Assembly: GCF_022045235.1 (NCBI RefSeq)
Contig: NW_027266266.1
Coordinates: 46,128,001-46,192,000 of the forward strand
DNA length: 64,000 nt
Reading direction: 5' to 3'
Source of the DNA: Haliotis cracherodii
Lineage: Eukaryota
Made by a program: the position numbers and the translations under genes. A model generated the notes under the pieces. That model made no database searches. It was not told the DNA's origin and saw nothing but the letters and a program-made list of their open reading frames with translations. The stretch's first letter is position 1; every line of letters begins with the position of its first letter. Below are positions 11,088-24,446 of the stretch, piece by piece.

Positions 11088-12715
11088 TGTTCCCAAGGGG
11101 TGGGTAGAGTTAGAGGAAATGGCTAGAGTAGTAAGTAGAAATGGCTAGAGTAAGCAGTGCCGGTGGTAATAAGTAATGAAGATTGCATGTTCGATCCGCG
11201 GAAATATATAGAAAACTTTTAAGATTTGATTTGCATTACATTGTGTTCAAAAGTGACATTACTTTCAAGCGAAAAACATTCATACTTTACAGTTTAAACG
11301 GATGTAAAAGGTTGAACACGAACATCAAAGCTGTATTAATAAAATCCCAGGGATATTATAACATCCCTGTTTATGAGATTTAACCCCACTTGCGAAGAAT
11401 TGGATGACGTCACTGGAGATTTATGAAAGCGTTTGCAGTGAGATGGTGGGGCGGGTGGGTTACTGGGAGAGTGGTTTGAGTTAGTTGAGGGGCTGGATAG
11501 AGTAAAATGGATGGTATGGGTGTAGAGTCGTAAGAACTGCGGAGATGAGTGGAGCGAAAACGATAAAATGATGTGGTGCAAGACGATTGGTGGTGTCGAC
11601 AGAGTGGATGTGTGGCAGCGGGCTCTGTTTTTCAGATTGAGAACGGAAAGAATCATAACACAGGTCATGTGAGCATAGTGCTCTTCATAACACGAACTGT
11701 ATACCATCCAAGTTCGGGAAACCATAATACCGTTTCATTGGCATTTTCTTTCTGCATATCTGCGTGTAATCTGATGACTGACAATTATCGTCAGTGTCAC
11801 CAAAAAGTGACAGCCAAAGATCGCGGGTGTCGCCTTCTATTTAAAAAGAGATCTATATATGTTTGATATCGTTTCAGTGTCAATCATTGTTTATGTGCAC
11901 TGTAAAATGAACTATGACAATAATAAAAGGAATATAACTTTCTGTCTACGCATCACATTCAGGCAACAAAGACAACATATACATTTTTAAATTTGTATAC
12001 AGATCAGTCAAGTGGTGAACTGGTTCCTTTTGATGATTTTGGATGTTGTTTTTAAAAAATTATTTTTTGCTGTTTTCATGACGACACATTGGATTTTACT
12101 GAACACGGGGGTAGTGCTCATTTCCGGAGCAGATGAAACTTGATTAATCGATCACTCTAGGGGTGATTTATTTTTTACCTGTTCATTAAATAGTGTTCTT
12201 CCAATTTGCCGCCATGACGACCCTGACTGCTGCATGAAGCTTATATAACGCGAGTGAGGGGAACCAGCTCGCTTAGCAGAGGCACCACTGTACATGACTA
12301 ACCCACACACCAACACAAGACATGAGTTAATCAGTCAGTTTATTAGACAGCTACAGAATGATTTGTGACTGTCTGTCGTCCGTATTTATACCTATTCTAA
12401 CTACCACATATTACCCCATTTACTGATTTCACAATTTCCAATTCTTAATATGTGGCATGTAAAGTGATCAAATATTTGTAAAACTGGGTCCATTTTCCCA
12501 ATGTTACTAGTACACTCCTGTTCTTCTAACATTTGTCCCGACATTTCCGGAAACAAAATATAATTATAGATATTTACATTATAACAGATGGGTAAAGTGA
12601 CATTACTGGCAGTGACGCTGCAGGTTTAACAGAGACAATTGGCAATAGTACCCATGATGGTTGATGAGAACATGCACAAAATGACTTCTTTTAAAACAGG
12701 GTCCAAACAGTAGGC

Positions 12716-12867
12716 GGGGCGGTCTGGTAGCCTAGTGGTTAAAGCGTTCGCTCGTCACGCCGAAGGCCCGGGTTCGATTCCCGATATGGGTACAATGTGT
12801 GAAACCCATTTCTGGTGTCCCCCGCCGTGATATTGCTGGAATATTGCTAAAACCGGCGTAAAACCAG
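12716..12867 (+). mobile_element. tRNA(Asp-like)-derived SINE family A
   Basis: A box TAGCCTAGTGG, B box GGTTCGATTCC, body identical to many other copies in the window. Confidence 0.85.
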
Positions 12868-12974
12868 GCTGGCTGTATAGAGCAGTGGGGGATGTGTTGA
12901 AGGTAAGGTGACTTCCTTACCTAGAGAAATAAGACAAGGTACCTCAGAGATTCCTCAGAGTAGCTGTGCATTGA

Positions 12975-13107
12975 NNNNNNNNNNNNNNNNNNNNNNNNNN
13001 NNNNNNNNNNNNNNNNNNNNNNNNNNNNNNNNNNNNNNNNNNNNNNNNNNNNNNNNNNNNNNNNNNNNNNNNNNNNNNNNNNNNNNNNNNNNNNNNNNNN
13101 NNNNNNN
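12975..13107. other. Assembly gap (133 N)
   Basis: Run of N. Confidence 1.
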
Positions 13108-13782
13108 TTTTGAGATACATAATTATATATGAATAAATAAATAAGTCTAATTACTATTCAGTAAAATTTAGAATATAAAAATAACGTATGACCATAAACA
13201 TCTGATTGATACTAAACATTTTTGCAATGCAACTGTCGTCTGATTATTTGGTAGAGATACAGCAAAAAATTATAATAAAATGGACATATATAGCCCCCAA
13301 ATCGTCACATTGCAGGAGCATTCAAATCACGTTACTTGACTTTGCGCTTCGGTGGGTCAGTAAACAATAAACATTTGGGACAATCAAATGTACAATTATG
13401 GCGGAAAACATCATGTAATAAAGAAATATAGTCCCTAAGAATTTGGGATAGGGTTCGTTGTGGAGGTTTTAAACTCAAATTCATTCCGATACTGCATGAC
13501 CGTATTAATGCCGATTGCATTGACATTTTCGTTGAAATACGCCACGGAAGAAATGGTACCAAATTGTCAGAGATTGCATGTTAATTCAAGCCTAATGCGG
13601 TGCTTCATCGTTAAAAAGATAACATTATTTCATTGATTTAATGAAAACTTCCTGTGGTCTGAAAAGCATAATGTACCCTTTCGAGTTGAACAGTGTGATT
13701 TAAAAAGTAATGTTTTACGACGCTTTAACAATAGCATGAACGTTTACCAAGTTTGTACCCCACGTTAAATTATTACAAATCC

Positions 13783-13923
13783 ATGTTTTATCCCCTTAAT
13801 GCCGAGCGCCAGGCAGGAAAACAACAAGTACGATATTTTAATGTCTTTTGGTATGACGCGGCTGGGGATCGAACCACCGACCTTCCCTTTTAAGGGCAGA
13901 CGCTATTTCCACAAGACCACGGA
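13783..13923 (-). mobile_element. SINE family B, 5' portion
   Basis: Reverse complement of the head of 14005-14420. Confidence 0.75.
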
Positions 13924-14004
13924 GTTACGAATTCGCGTGACACATATGTGATAGTAGACGTTCGTTGTATGCTACTATATATGGTAAGTATTACTATACT
14001 TTAA

Positions 14005-14271
14005 GACCGCCTCCGTGGTCTAGTGGTAGAGCGTCCGCCCGGAGAGCGGAAGGTCCGGGGTTTCGATCCCTAGCCGCGTCATACCAATAGACGTTAAAAT
14101 ATGGTACTTGTTGTTACCCTGTCTGGCGCTCGGCATTAGGGGCTAAAACAAGGACTGGTTGGCTCGGAGTCAGTATACCGTGTCTGAGTGGGGTATTCAT
14201 GTTAAACTGCGGCATGGTATCTCAGTGGGCTAGCACTATAAAGCGGCATCAGTCGGGACTAGTACAAGCAG

Positions 14272-14348
<77 letters not shown>

Positions 14349-14420
14349 TACACGTGCATGCACGTCGCTATATAAGTGCAATAATCTTGGACGCGACGTT
14401 CAACCCCATTTCACCTCACC
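14005..14420 (+). mobile_element. Full-length tRNA-derived SINE family B (Meta/MESC-like central domain, internal (CA)n)
   Basis: A/B boxes, GCTAGCACTATAAA core, (CACCT)n tail, 11-bp TSD TACTATACTTT. Confidence 0.88.
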
Positions 14421-14749
14421 TACTATACTTTTAGAGTAGGTTCCCAGCATTCTAGTGTTCGCCGAGAGGGCGTTAATTGGATCGCATCGCCAGGCTTGTA
14501 ATATAGCTGGAGTATTGCAGCATGCGACCAACAATAAAGCATAGAAGGTTTGTTTCATCCTGTACCCGTTTCTCTTTCTCCACGCTATAGCTAATTCTCA
14601 ATACAATCCCCTTTCGCATACATTGTATTTTATACATAATGTTGCAGCTTCTACGTTCTTTTTAAAACAGACTTAAACGTCGGTGAAAACTGTACTTATT
14701 GTTAAATCCCATCAACACAATTTCCCCTTGCGAAAAATATTCCAAAATA

Positions 14750-14924
14750 CAGTAAACTACGGTTGTTACGAACTCAAAGGGACCACTTATATTAGTTCGT
14801 CATAACCGTAGTCCGTTATAAGCATATATACAGCATACACGCAACACACAGACGGGACTACAAAATAATTTCGTTATATCGGTCAGTTCGTTATAAGCAT
14901 GTTCTTTATAACCGTAGTTTACTG
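14750..14924. mobile_element. Tc1/mariner(pogo)-type MITE
   Basis: TIR CAGTAAACTACGGTT...AACCGTAGTTTACTG, TA on both sides; second copy at 31350. Confidence 0.88.
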
Positions 14925-15532
14925 TATCTAAATCTTACGCCGAGCGTGGTAAATGTTTGAGGCTGTCATATGTTATGTTTTGTCACAGGGAGGCTATTCC
15001 TATAACACCGGCACACTTTTGAATTGATTTCATTGACGGAGTAGTTCACGTGACATTCTCCTCAATGTTGTTGAGACCATCCCTGCTAAATCCACACCAT
15101 CAGTCGAGACCACTACAACCCTGACCGAATTAACGCGGTGAGTCAAACGGGGTCATACCTATCTCGATTTGACCCACATAACTATTCGTTGGGACCGTGA
15201 CTTGGAGCACATTCCGTGACTTGGAGCACATAAGGTTAAAGTACGATACTCTGTTTTAACCACTTGAACTTGCATAGCTGGTGGCGGGGACTGTGTAAGG
15301 AGAGTGGGCGGAGTACTTTAGACACAGTGGAGCATCGAGCATTGTGCAGACAAGTAAGGTTACTCAGTACACGCACATTATCACAGTCTGGAGCACGGGA
15401 TTATGTAACGAGGCATGAAGGCGTTGTTTATTTGTCTAGTCTGTTTCTACTATCGTCATTGGACAAAATCGGTATAAGAGCTGAGTTGCCTAATCTTTTA
15501 CTAATGTTGCTTATTTGGTTAGAAATGCTGAC

Positions 15533-15863
15533 GACCCGTGACGATCCGGGGCATATTAGGCCTTCAGCAACCCATGCTTGCCGTAAAAGGCGACTGTGCA
15601 TGTCGTACGTTTACCCGTGACGATCCTTGGCAAAATAGATCTTCACCAACCCATTCTTGCTGTAAAAGGCGACTATTCTTGTCGTAAGAGGCGACTAACG
15701 TGATCGGGTGGTCCGGCTCGCTGACTTGGTTGATGCATGTCATCGATCCCAATTGCGTGGATCGATGCTCATGATCTGAATGACTGGACTGTCTGGTCCA
15801 GGCTCAATTATTTACAGACCGCCGATATATAGGTGGAATATTGCTGAGTTAAACAACAAAACA
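15533..15863 (+). mobile_element. SINE-like family C
   Basis: CCCGTGACGATCC...AGGCGACTAAC...GGTGGAATATTGCTGAG-(AAAC)n; many copies in window. Confidence 0.8.
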
Positions 15864-16599
15864 ATAATTTCTGTATTCAGAAATGTACCCCACACATGTT
15901 TCAAATCATGACGTTGCCTGTGGTATATTAATTGTTACATGGGAAAAAGGATGCAGTTGTAGACTTTCGATTCAGTTTGTTCCAAAAAGGCCCATCAGTC
16001 TTTGCCTGAAAAATGACTTAAAATTGTTCCATGTTCCTCAAACCTAAAACATTGCTCCATCCACACACATATACAAACAACAAAGTGAATAAAATATTTA
16101 AAAAAATATTTTATTACGTTTTTAACTGTCATAATGAGCCAAATATTAAAATGTTTTAAAGGCAATGTCTGGGCAGTGTGACGAAAAGTGAGTTTTCTAT
16201 TACACTCACAACCTGCGTCTACATGTGAACAAAAACTTTTCCATTTCATCATATTTTTCCATATTTTCTAAAATCCTATAATTTTATACCATACAGTATG
16301 ACGGGCATCAATTACAGTGAACTAGTTTGTAAAACGTAAACGCCGCTTTTAGAACAGAGTATACGAATATTACAATCGTTACAACCATTTTTCAACATTA
16401 CAAACATTACACCACCATAGCCTCCCTGTGATGCTGCTTCGATTGAAGAGGGACATTATAAAGTCTTCTAAAACAACCGACACTCCAAGGTGTGTTTTTG
16501 ACGTAGTTGGTTCTAAACGTATGATGACGTCACACTATGTAGAATTTAAATATTAAACTACGTCACACGATGCGGATAGTAGGGTATCCATGTACTAAA

Positions 16600-19500
16600 A
16601 CGCCAGTCTTGCAGTCAATGTAGACGTACGTCACACCACGGGGACTGTCGATCTCAGTGCAGCGCTATGTGACTCCGTGCGAACTGTAGGATCACACTAT
16701 ACTGGAACGTCTCACAGTGACGGCTGTAGGATCACATTGTAGTGGTACGTCTCACAGTGACGGCTATAGGATCACACTATACTGGAACGTCTCACAGTGA
16801 CGGCTGTTGGATCACAGTGTACTGGTACGTCTCACAGTGACGGCTGTAGGATCACAGTGTACAAGTATGTCTCACTGTGACGGCTATATGATCACAGTGT
16901 ACTAGTATGTTTCACTGTGATGGCTGTAGGATCACAGTGTACTGGTACGTCTCACAGTGACGGCTGTAGGATCACAGTGTACTGGTACGTCTCACAGTGA
17001 CGGCTGTAGGATCACAGTGTACTGGTACGTCTCACAGTGACGGTTATATGATCACAGTGTACTAGTATGTCTCACAGTGATGGCTGTAGGATCACAGTGT
17101 ACGGGTACGTCTCACAGTGACGGCTATATGATCACAGTGTACTAGTATGTCTCACAGTGATGGCTGTAGGATCACAGTGTACTGGTACGTCTCACAGTGA
17201 CGGCTGTAGGATCACAGTGTACTGGTATGTCTCACAGTGACGGCTATAGGATCACAATGTACTAGTATGTCTCACAGTGACGGCTGTAGGATCACAGTGT
17301 ACTGGAATGTCTCACTATGACGGCTATACGATCACAGTGTACTAGTATGTTTCACTGTGATGGCTGTAGGATCACAGTGTACTGGTACGTCTCACAGTGA
17401 CGGCTGTAGGATCACACTATACTGGAACGTCTCACAGTGACGGCTGTAGGATCACAGTGTACTGGTATGTCTCACTGTGACAGTTATATGATCACAGTGT
17501 ACTAGTATGTCTCACGGTGACGGCTGTAGGATCACAGCATACTGGTACGTCTCACAGTGACGGCTTTAGGATCACAGTGTACTAGTATGTCTCACAGTGA
17601 CGGCTGTAGGATCACAGTGTTCTGGTACGTCTCACAGTGACGGCTGTAGGATCACAATGTACTAGTATGTCTCACAGTGACGGCTATATGATCACAGTGT
17701 ACAAGTATGTCTCACAGTGACGGCTGTAGGATCACAGTGTACTAGTATGTCTCACAGTGACGGCTGTAGGATCACAGTGTACTGGTACGTCTCACAGTGA
17801 CGGCTGTAGGATCACAGTGTACAAGTACGTCTCACAGTGACGACTGTAGGATCACAGTGTACAAGTATGTCTCACAGTGACGGCTGTAGGATCACAGTGT
17901 ACAAGTATGTCTCACAGTGACGGCTGTAGGATCACGGTGTACTAGTATGTCTCACAGTGATGGCTGTAGGATCACAGTGTATTGGCATGTCTCACAGTGA
18001 CGGCTATATGATCACAGTGTACTAGTATGTCTCACAGTGACGGCTGTAGGATCACAGTGTACTAGTATGTCTCACAGTGACGGCTTTAGGATCACAGTGT
18101 ACAAGTATGTCTCACAGTGACGGCTGTAGGATCACGGTGTACTAGTATGTCTCACAGTGATGGCTGTAGGATCACAGTGTACTGGTATGTCTCACAGTGA
18201 CGGCTGTAGGATCACAGTGTACAAGTATGTCTCACAGTGACGGCTTTAGGATCACAGTGTACTGGTATGTCTCACAGTGACGGCTGTAGGATCACAGTGT
18301 ACTAGTATGTCTCACAGTGACGGCTGTAGGATCGCAAAGTAATAAACGTCACACCACGGGGGTTGTAGGATCACAATGTACTGGTACGTCTCACAGTGAC
18401 AGCTGCAGGATCACAGTGTACTAGTATGTCTCACAGTGACGGCTGTAGGATCACAGTATACAAGTATGTCTCACAGTGACAGCTGTAGGATCACAGTGTA
18501 CAAGTATGTCTCACAGTGACGGCTGTAGGATCACAAAGTACTAAACGTCACACCACGGGGATTGTAGGATCACAGTGTATTGGTACGTCTCACAGTGACA
18601 GCTGCAGGATCACAGTGTTCACAAACGTAATACCACATGGGCTATATGATAGCAATGTACTAACACGTCACACCATGTGGCCTGCAAGATCACAGTGTAC
18701 TTAAACATCGCACCATGTGTGCTGTAGGGTCACAGTGTACCAAAACATCACACCATGTGTGCTGTAGGATCACAGTGTACTAAAACATCACACCATGTGT
18801 GCTGTAGGGTTACAGTGTACTTAAACATCACACCATGTGTGCTGTAGGGTTACAGTGTACTAAACCATCACACCATGTGTGCTGTAGAATCACAGTGTAC
18901 TAAAACATCACACCATGTGTGCTGTAGGATCACAGTGTACTAACACATCACACCATGTGTGCTGTAGGGTTACAGTGTACTTAAACATCACACCATGTGT
19001 GCTCTAGGGTCACAGTGTACTAAACCATCACACCATGTGTGCTGTAGAATCACAGTGTACTAAAACATCACACCATGTGTGCTGTAGGATCACAGTGTAC
19101 TAACACATCACACCATGTGTGCTGTAGGGTTACAGTGTACTAAAACATCACACCATGTGTGCTCTAGGGTCACAGTGTACTAAAACATCACACCATGTGT
19201 GCTGTAGGATCACAGTGTACTAAAGCGTAAGACCATGTGGACTGCAAGTTCACAATATTCTAGAACATCACACCATGTGGGCTTTAATATCGCAATGTAC
19301 TAAAACGTCACTCCATGTGGGATGTAAGATCCAATATACTGGTACGTCACACCATGTGGGATATAGGACCAATATGTACTAGAACGTCATATCATGATGG
19401 CTTTAGGATCTGAATGACAAAGAACGTCACTCCATATGCGGACTGGTGGATATCAGTGTTCTGTTAATGTCACACCTGGGGGGCTATAGGATCTCAGAGT
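16600..19500. repeat. 40-bp minisatellite in two subarrays: (ACTRGTAYGTCTCACAGTGACGGCTGTAGGATCACAGTGT)n about 16650-18620 and (TAAAACATCACACCATGTGTGCTGTAGGATCACAGTGTAC)n about 18660-19500
   Basis: 40-nt period throughout, about 70 units. Confidence 0.96.
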
Positions 19501-19861
19501 AGCAGCACGCCACACCATATCAAGGCAGTTTCACGTCAGACCTTGAGGCCTGTGTGGTCACTCAGTAGTAAGTAGCATGGCACATCACATCAAGGTAAAA
19601 GCGCTTTTCAGTATGCAGATGAAGTGGTCAATAAGAAGTAGTACCACACACTATAATAGCAAAGCAGCCCCTTGACGTCAGTGTATTGTCAAAATTTAAG
19701 TCTTTCCGGAAACGTTGTTTGTTCGAAAATACCCATTCTTAGCAAAATGTCACTATTCACTGTATGACATGTTTCGTTTCAGATTCAAATCGCGTGTGAC
19801 CATTTAGACGCTTCATACACTCTGCTCACCAGGTGAACGAACACGACGACCTTCCGTTACC

Positions 19862-20030
19862 ATGGCGACGCGTGTAGCCGATGATGGTGGTGATGAGATG
19901 ACTCTGCAAAGCCACAATGGCCGGAAATATCCTTTCTTTCCCTCCGCTGTTCAGCACAGTACATTAGAGAGATTACCATCTGTTGAAATCCGCTCTGACG
20001 ACATTCTAGTGTGTGCTTTCCCCAAGTCTG
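19862..20030 (+). CDS. Cytosolic sulfotransferase SULT-2, coding exon 1 of 5; join 19862-20030,20972-21295,21627-21727,23458-23602,24331-24446 = 284 aa
   Basis: MATRVADDGGDEMTL...RSDDILVCAFPKS-G|GTATGT; 169 nt. Confidence 0.92.
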
Positions 20031-20331
20031 GTATGTAAAATCATATGAGTTTTTTTTATCAATGAAACAGTACTTCCTCTTTATTTGTTTGTTGTTTAAT
20101 ACCATAATTTGCTCATAATAGAGTCTGGACCAGTAATTGACATCATGAGCATCGATCCACGCAATTAAGATACATGTACGATGACATGCATCAACCAAGT
20201 CAGCGAACCTGGCCACCCGATCCTTCGGGGCCCAACTATCTTCGGACATGATGTATTCTCCTTGCAGTGACGTAGTAAAGTATGAAGTGACATTATACAA
20301 GTACAACGTAACGTAGTGTATGCATGCGGTG

Positions 20332-20695
20332 AGGTCAAACGTCGCGTCAAAGATAATTGCACTTATATAGCGTGTGTGCGTGAGTATGTGTGTGTGTGTG
20401 TGTGTGTGTGTGTCTGTGTGTTTGTGTGTGTGTGTGTGTGTGGCTGTGTGTGTGTGGCTGTGTGGCTGCTTGTACTAGTCCGGACTGATGCCGATTTATA
20501 GTGCTAGCCCACTGAGATACCATGCCGCAGTTTAACATGAATACTTACTCAGACATAGTATACTGACTCCGAGCCGACAGTCCATGTCTTAGTCCCTTAA
20601 AGCCAAGCGCCAGACAGGGTAACAACAAGTACCATCTTTTAACGTTTTTTTGTATGAGGGAGCGGACGTTCTACCGCCAGACCACGGAGGCGGTC
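20332..20695 (-). mobile_element. SINE family B in SULT-2 intron 1
   Basis: Same position and same 3' flank as 7882-8111 in SULT-1. Confidence 0.85.
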
Positions 20696-20971
20696 TGTGT
20701 ATGCATGAAGTCACGTAAACCATGTGAACAATGTCCTAACAGATCATTCCATCGTTACATACTTTTTTTTCAGCCAAAATTAGACAGTGTATTGCAAGGC
20801 TTTGATCTAATGTAATGCTCGTCATTATTAGTTCCACATTTTATTACATTTTATTAAATGACGACCGCCAGTGGCGTCCTTATGAGTAACAGAAGTAGCA
20901 AGTAGTTCACAGCCTGGAACGAGACATTACTCTGCCAAAGCCAGTAAACTTAATAAGATTTTACTTAACAG

Positions 20972-21295
20972 GTACCCACTGGGTTTGGGAGATTGCTCGC
21001 CTGCTGGTGGCGGGACAACTCGACCGTGATGAAGTCAGCAAAGCGTCTGCCATGATGGAATTTGTCAGTGAAGTAGAATACAAAGATCTCCCTTCTCCCA
21101 GGATTCTTAACACTCATGTCATGTTCAACGAACTTCCGGAGCAGGTTAAGTTGAAGAAACCTAGGATAGTGTACGTGACTAGGAACCCCAAGGACGTGAC
21201 TGTGTCTTATTACAACTTTGTGAAGAAACTGACGATGTGCTACAACTACACTGGAGAGTGGAAGAATTTCTTTCGACCCTCATTGGAGGGGAAGT
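20972..21295 (+). CDS. SULT-2 coding exon 2
   Basis: GTHWVWE...PRILNTH...RNPKDVTVSYY; AG/GT; 324 nt. Confidence 0.95.
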
Positions 21296-21626
21296 GTGAG
21301 TGATTTCCATCTTTCCTAGTTGAAACAATAGTGCACACAGCTTAGGCATATATGTACTACAGGCGATAGTCAGTATTTTCCTCTTACAAATCACGGTTCT
21401 ATCCTCGATTGGTTGTGTCAGGGTACTTTTATCACAGGCTCGAATCCCAAATTCCTCGAGGTTGATCATTGATCTATCAGCAAATTCACTTGGGCGTGGT
21501 TTCTACCAAGGCGTCCGATGTCTTCGAACTTTAAAATGTCCAAAGCGTCGTTAACCCAAATTTCTGACTCTTTAACCTTATCCTGACCAGCGTTGTGTGA
21601 CGTCATGAATGTGTACCTTATTTTAG

Positions 21627-21727
21627 TTGACTACGGTTCCTGGTTCGACTATGTGAAGGACTGGGAGGAGGTGAAGAAAACCACTGATGTCCCCATTCTG
21701 ACACTGAACTATGAAGACATGAAAGAG
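21627..21727 (+). CDS. SULT-2 coding exon 3
   Basis: DYGSWFDYVKDW...YEDMKE|GTAAGC. Confidence 0.93.
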
Positions 21728-21905
21728 GTAAGCGTGGCCATTGCAATAAATTCCAGATATGGCCCTTTAATGAATTTAGGGTCATTTCTTAAAGGGATCT
21801 GGCAGGCCTTGTCGTTGTTTATCATTACACGTTAGGATAAACGACGTCAAGGCTTGCCAGATCTCCAGGGGTTTTACGAAGGAAGCGTCGTGTCTTCGTC
21901 CAGGT

Positions 21906-22095
21906 TAGATGAGTTGAAATGGGGTAATGTAAATGGCGTTCGAGATTATTGCACTTATATAGCGACGTGCAACGCCAGGCAGGGTAACAACAAGTAACAT
22001 ATTTTAGCGTCGTTTGGTATGACGCGGCCGGGGATAGAAGCCCCGACTTACCGTTCTCCGGGTGGAAGCTCAACCACTTGACCACAGAGGCGGTC
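21906..22095 (-). mobile_element. SINE family B, internally deleted
   Basis: Head and tail present, central domain missing. Confidence 0.7.
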
Positions 22096-22543
22096 TGTTC
22101 GTCTTGGATAGTGTTCATGATCTTTGTCTTGGTGTGTATAGGGTAAAGCGCGTTCATCACGACGTGTAGCCTTCTTTTATTTTATTAGTAGGGTATTTAC
22201 GAGATATTCGAGAGTTCATCGCGATTTGCTTCCTTGTGTTTGTTTCTTGATACGGTTTTTACGAGACGTTCGTGTGGTCGTGTTCATTATTGTGATGTTT
22301 GCGATTTGCAAACTATTTGCAAAGGCAAGGGCATGAAGCAGTAAAATAAGCAGTCTTTAACCCTGTGTAAATGGACATACTTAATCACTGCACATTCCTA
22401 AAGTTTTCCATTTTCCAAAGGTCTTAGACCGCTGCTAATTATCCCAATTTGATCAACCGACTCAAGTGTCTGTGCAGATACCTCTAAGAATTCATGGAAG
22501 GTCTACAACAAAATATTTCACGTCTTTGAAAGGCATTTAGAAG

Positions 22544-22791
22544 TGTTTGTTTGTTTGTTGCTTAACGCCGCACTAAGCAATATTCCAGCTATATGACGGC
22601 GGTCGGAAAAATAATCGAGTCTGGACCAGAAAATCCAGTGATTAATGTCATGAGCATCGATCCACGCGATCGGCATCGATAACACGCATCAACCAAGTCA
22701 GCGAGCCTGACCTGCCGAACCCAAGTATAGTGGCCTTTTACGGCATGCATGGGTTGCTGAAGACATATGCTACCCCGGATTCTTCACGGGT
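22544..22791 (-). mobile_element. SINE-like family C
   Basis: Reverse complement of 45189-45455. Confidence 0.8.
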
Positions 22792-23457
22792 CGCATTTAG
22801 TGATTCACATAAGGAAAGAGAATATATGGATGTGAACACAACGTTTCGGAGTATATGCTTACTCCTTCATCGGGTGAAGATATTTCACTATTACGGAATT
22901 CCTTCTATCCTATAAAGGGTTCAGTTATCACGAGCTGAGTTTGACAATCCGGCAATGCTTGAGTGTGTGAATTAAGTGGAATATTGCCAAAAGCAGCCAG
23001 TAAAAAAACCCTAGTCACTCATTATTAGTTTAACCTGGTATAGGCCCTAGATGTTGACCTCGTTGTTGAAACCCACGAGCACGGGTATCATACTCCCAAT
23101 TTAGGATTAAAATCAGGGCGAATCTGGAATTCCGATACACCCAGTGATTAACGAATCATGCCAAGCACCAAACGATTTCCCAGGGCGCAATGAAAACAAC
23201 CCACACATCCAAAAGTATTATCTTGTCTTTTCATGTTGGAATCGTTTAAATTGCGGCAGTTACTGTGGACATCGTTGATAATGATGTCATAAATATTAAC
23301 AGAAAGCATTCCGCGAACATGGTCAATACAGAGCTATAGTGTTGATGCAGCAATTTAACTTGTAGGGACATTTCATGTTTTCATAACGACGTATATTTGT
23401 GTTCTTTTTATTGCGTGGATAGAAAATGGGTGTTGATGATTTTCTATATGTTCAAAG

Positions 23458-23602
23458 GATACATTCCGCGAGGTGAAGAAAATTCAAGACTTCCTTGGAA
23501 TTGAGAGAAGTGATGAGTTTGTGAAGGAAGTATGTGATCACTGCAGTTTCGGCTCCATGAAGAAAGTCAAGGCAAACATGGCAGAGGTCGTGTACAGGAA
23601 AG
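23458..23602 (+). CDS. SULT-2 coding exon 4
   Basis: DTFREVKKIQDFLGIER...VYRK-G|GTGAAT; 145 nt. Confidence 0.92.
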
Positions 23603-24263
23603 GTGAATGTGTATTGCCAATGATTAAAATCTCGGTCATGTCATCAAGATAGGGAGAAGCTTATATCGTATCTGTAAGGTGGAAACACTACAGTGTACCG
23701 CTACCAAGGTATGATGGTCCTTGGTAAGTTATTGTAAAGTCTACGTCGACTTATTGGCTATTCAAAGTCCCTCATAAGAAATCCGGATAATCCTCGATTA
23801 TTAAATGTTGATTAAATTATACAAAAAATATTTGGTAAGAGTGGAGTCCAATACTTCGCCAATGATGAATCGACAACCAATGGCATGATTTGAGTATAGA
23901 GTTATGCAGGTAGACTGAATGACATTCTTTGTATCTTGTTTCTCTTTATAAAATTTGCGCATTGTCCATGACACGATCTTACCAATAGTCTCTAATCAGC
24001 ACATTTGACCAATATTGTGTTTGATCACTAATGTTGGACATTCCTATTCCTAACAAGCATATTCAGCTCATGCGAATGTGGTAGAGATTAACAAGGATCT
24101 GGAACTATTATTCTGTGTGCCACTTGCTTGTTTTGATGTTCGCTGCCATTATCCTTGTAACGATTTGGGATTGTTAAACTCTTTCCTGTGTCGAGCGCAG
24201 CGTTAGTGACTCACATAAGTATTACCATTAACTTGAAGTTTTTTTTGTACCGTTTGTTCATAA

Positions 24264-24446
<183 letters not shown>

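Noticed and set aside
12190-12360. Possible LTR/PBS/gag start on the minus strand
   Set aside because: No second LTR, and no recognisable gag or pol sequence
12716-12790. tRNA-Asp(GTC) gene, and similar heads elsewhere
   Set aside because: Acceptor stem does not close and each head continues into a shared SINE body with tail and TSD
4120-19500. 28-40 bp periodic arrays as CRISPR arrays
   Set aside because: Units are contiguous with no unique spacers, there are no cas genes, and the context is eukaryotic
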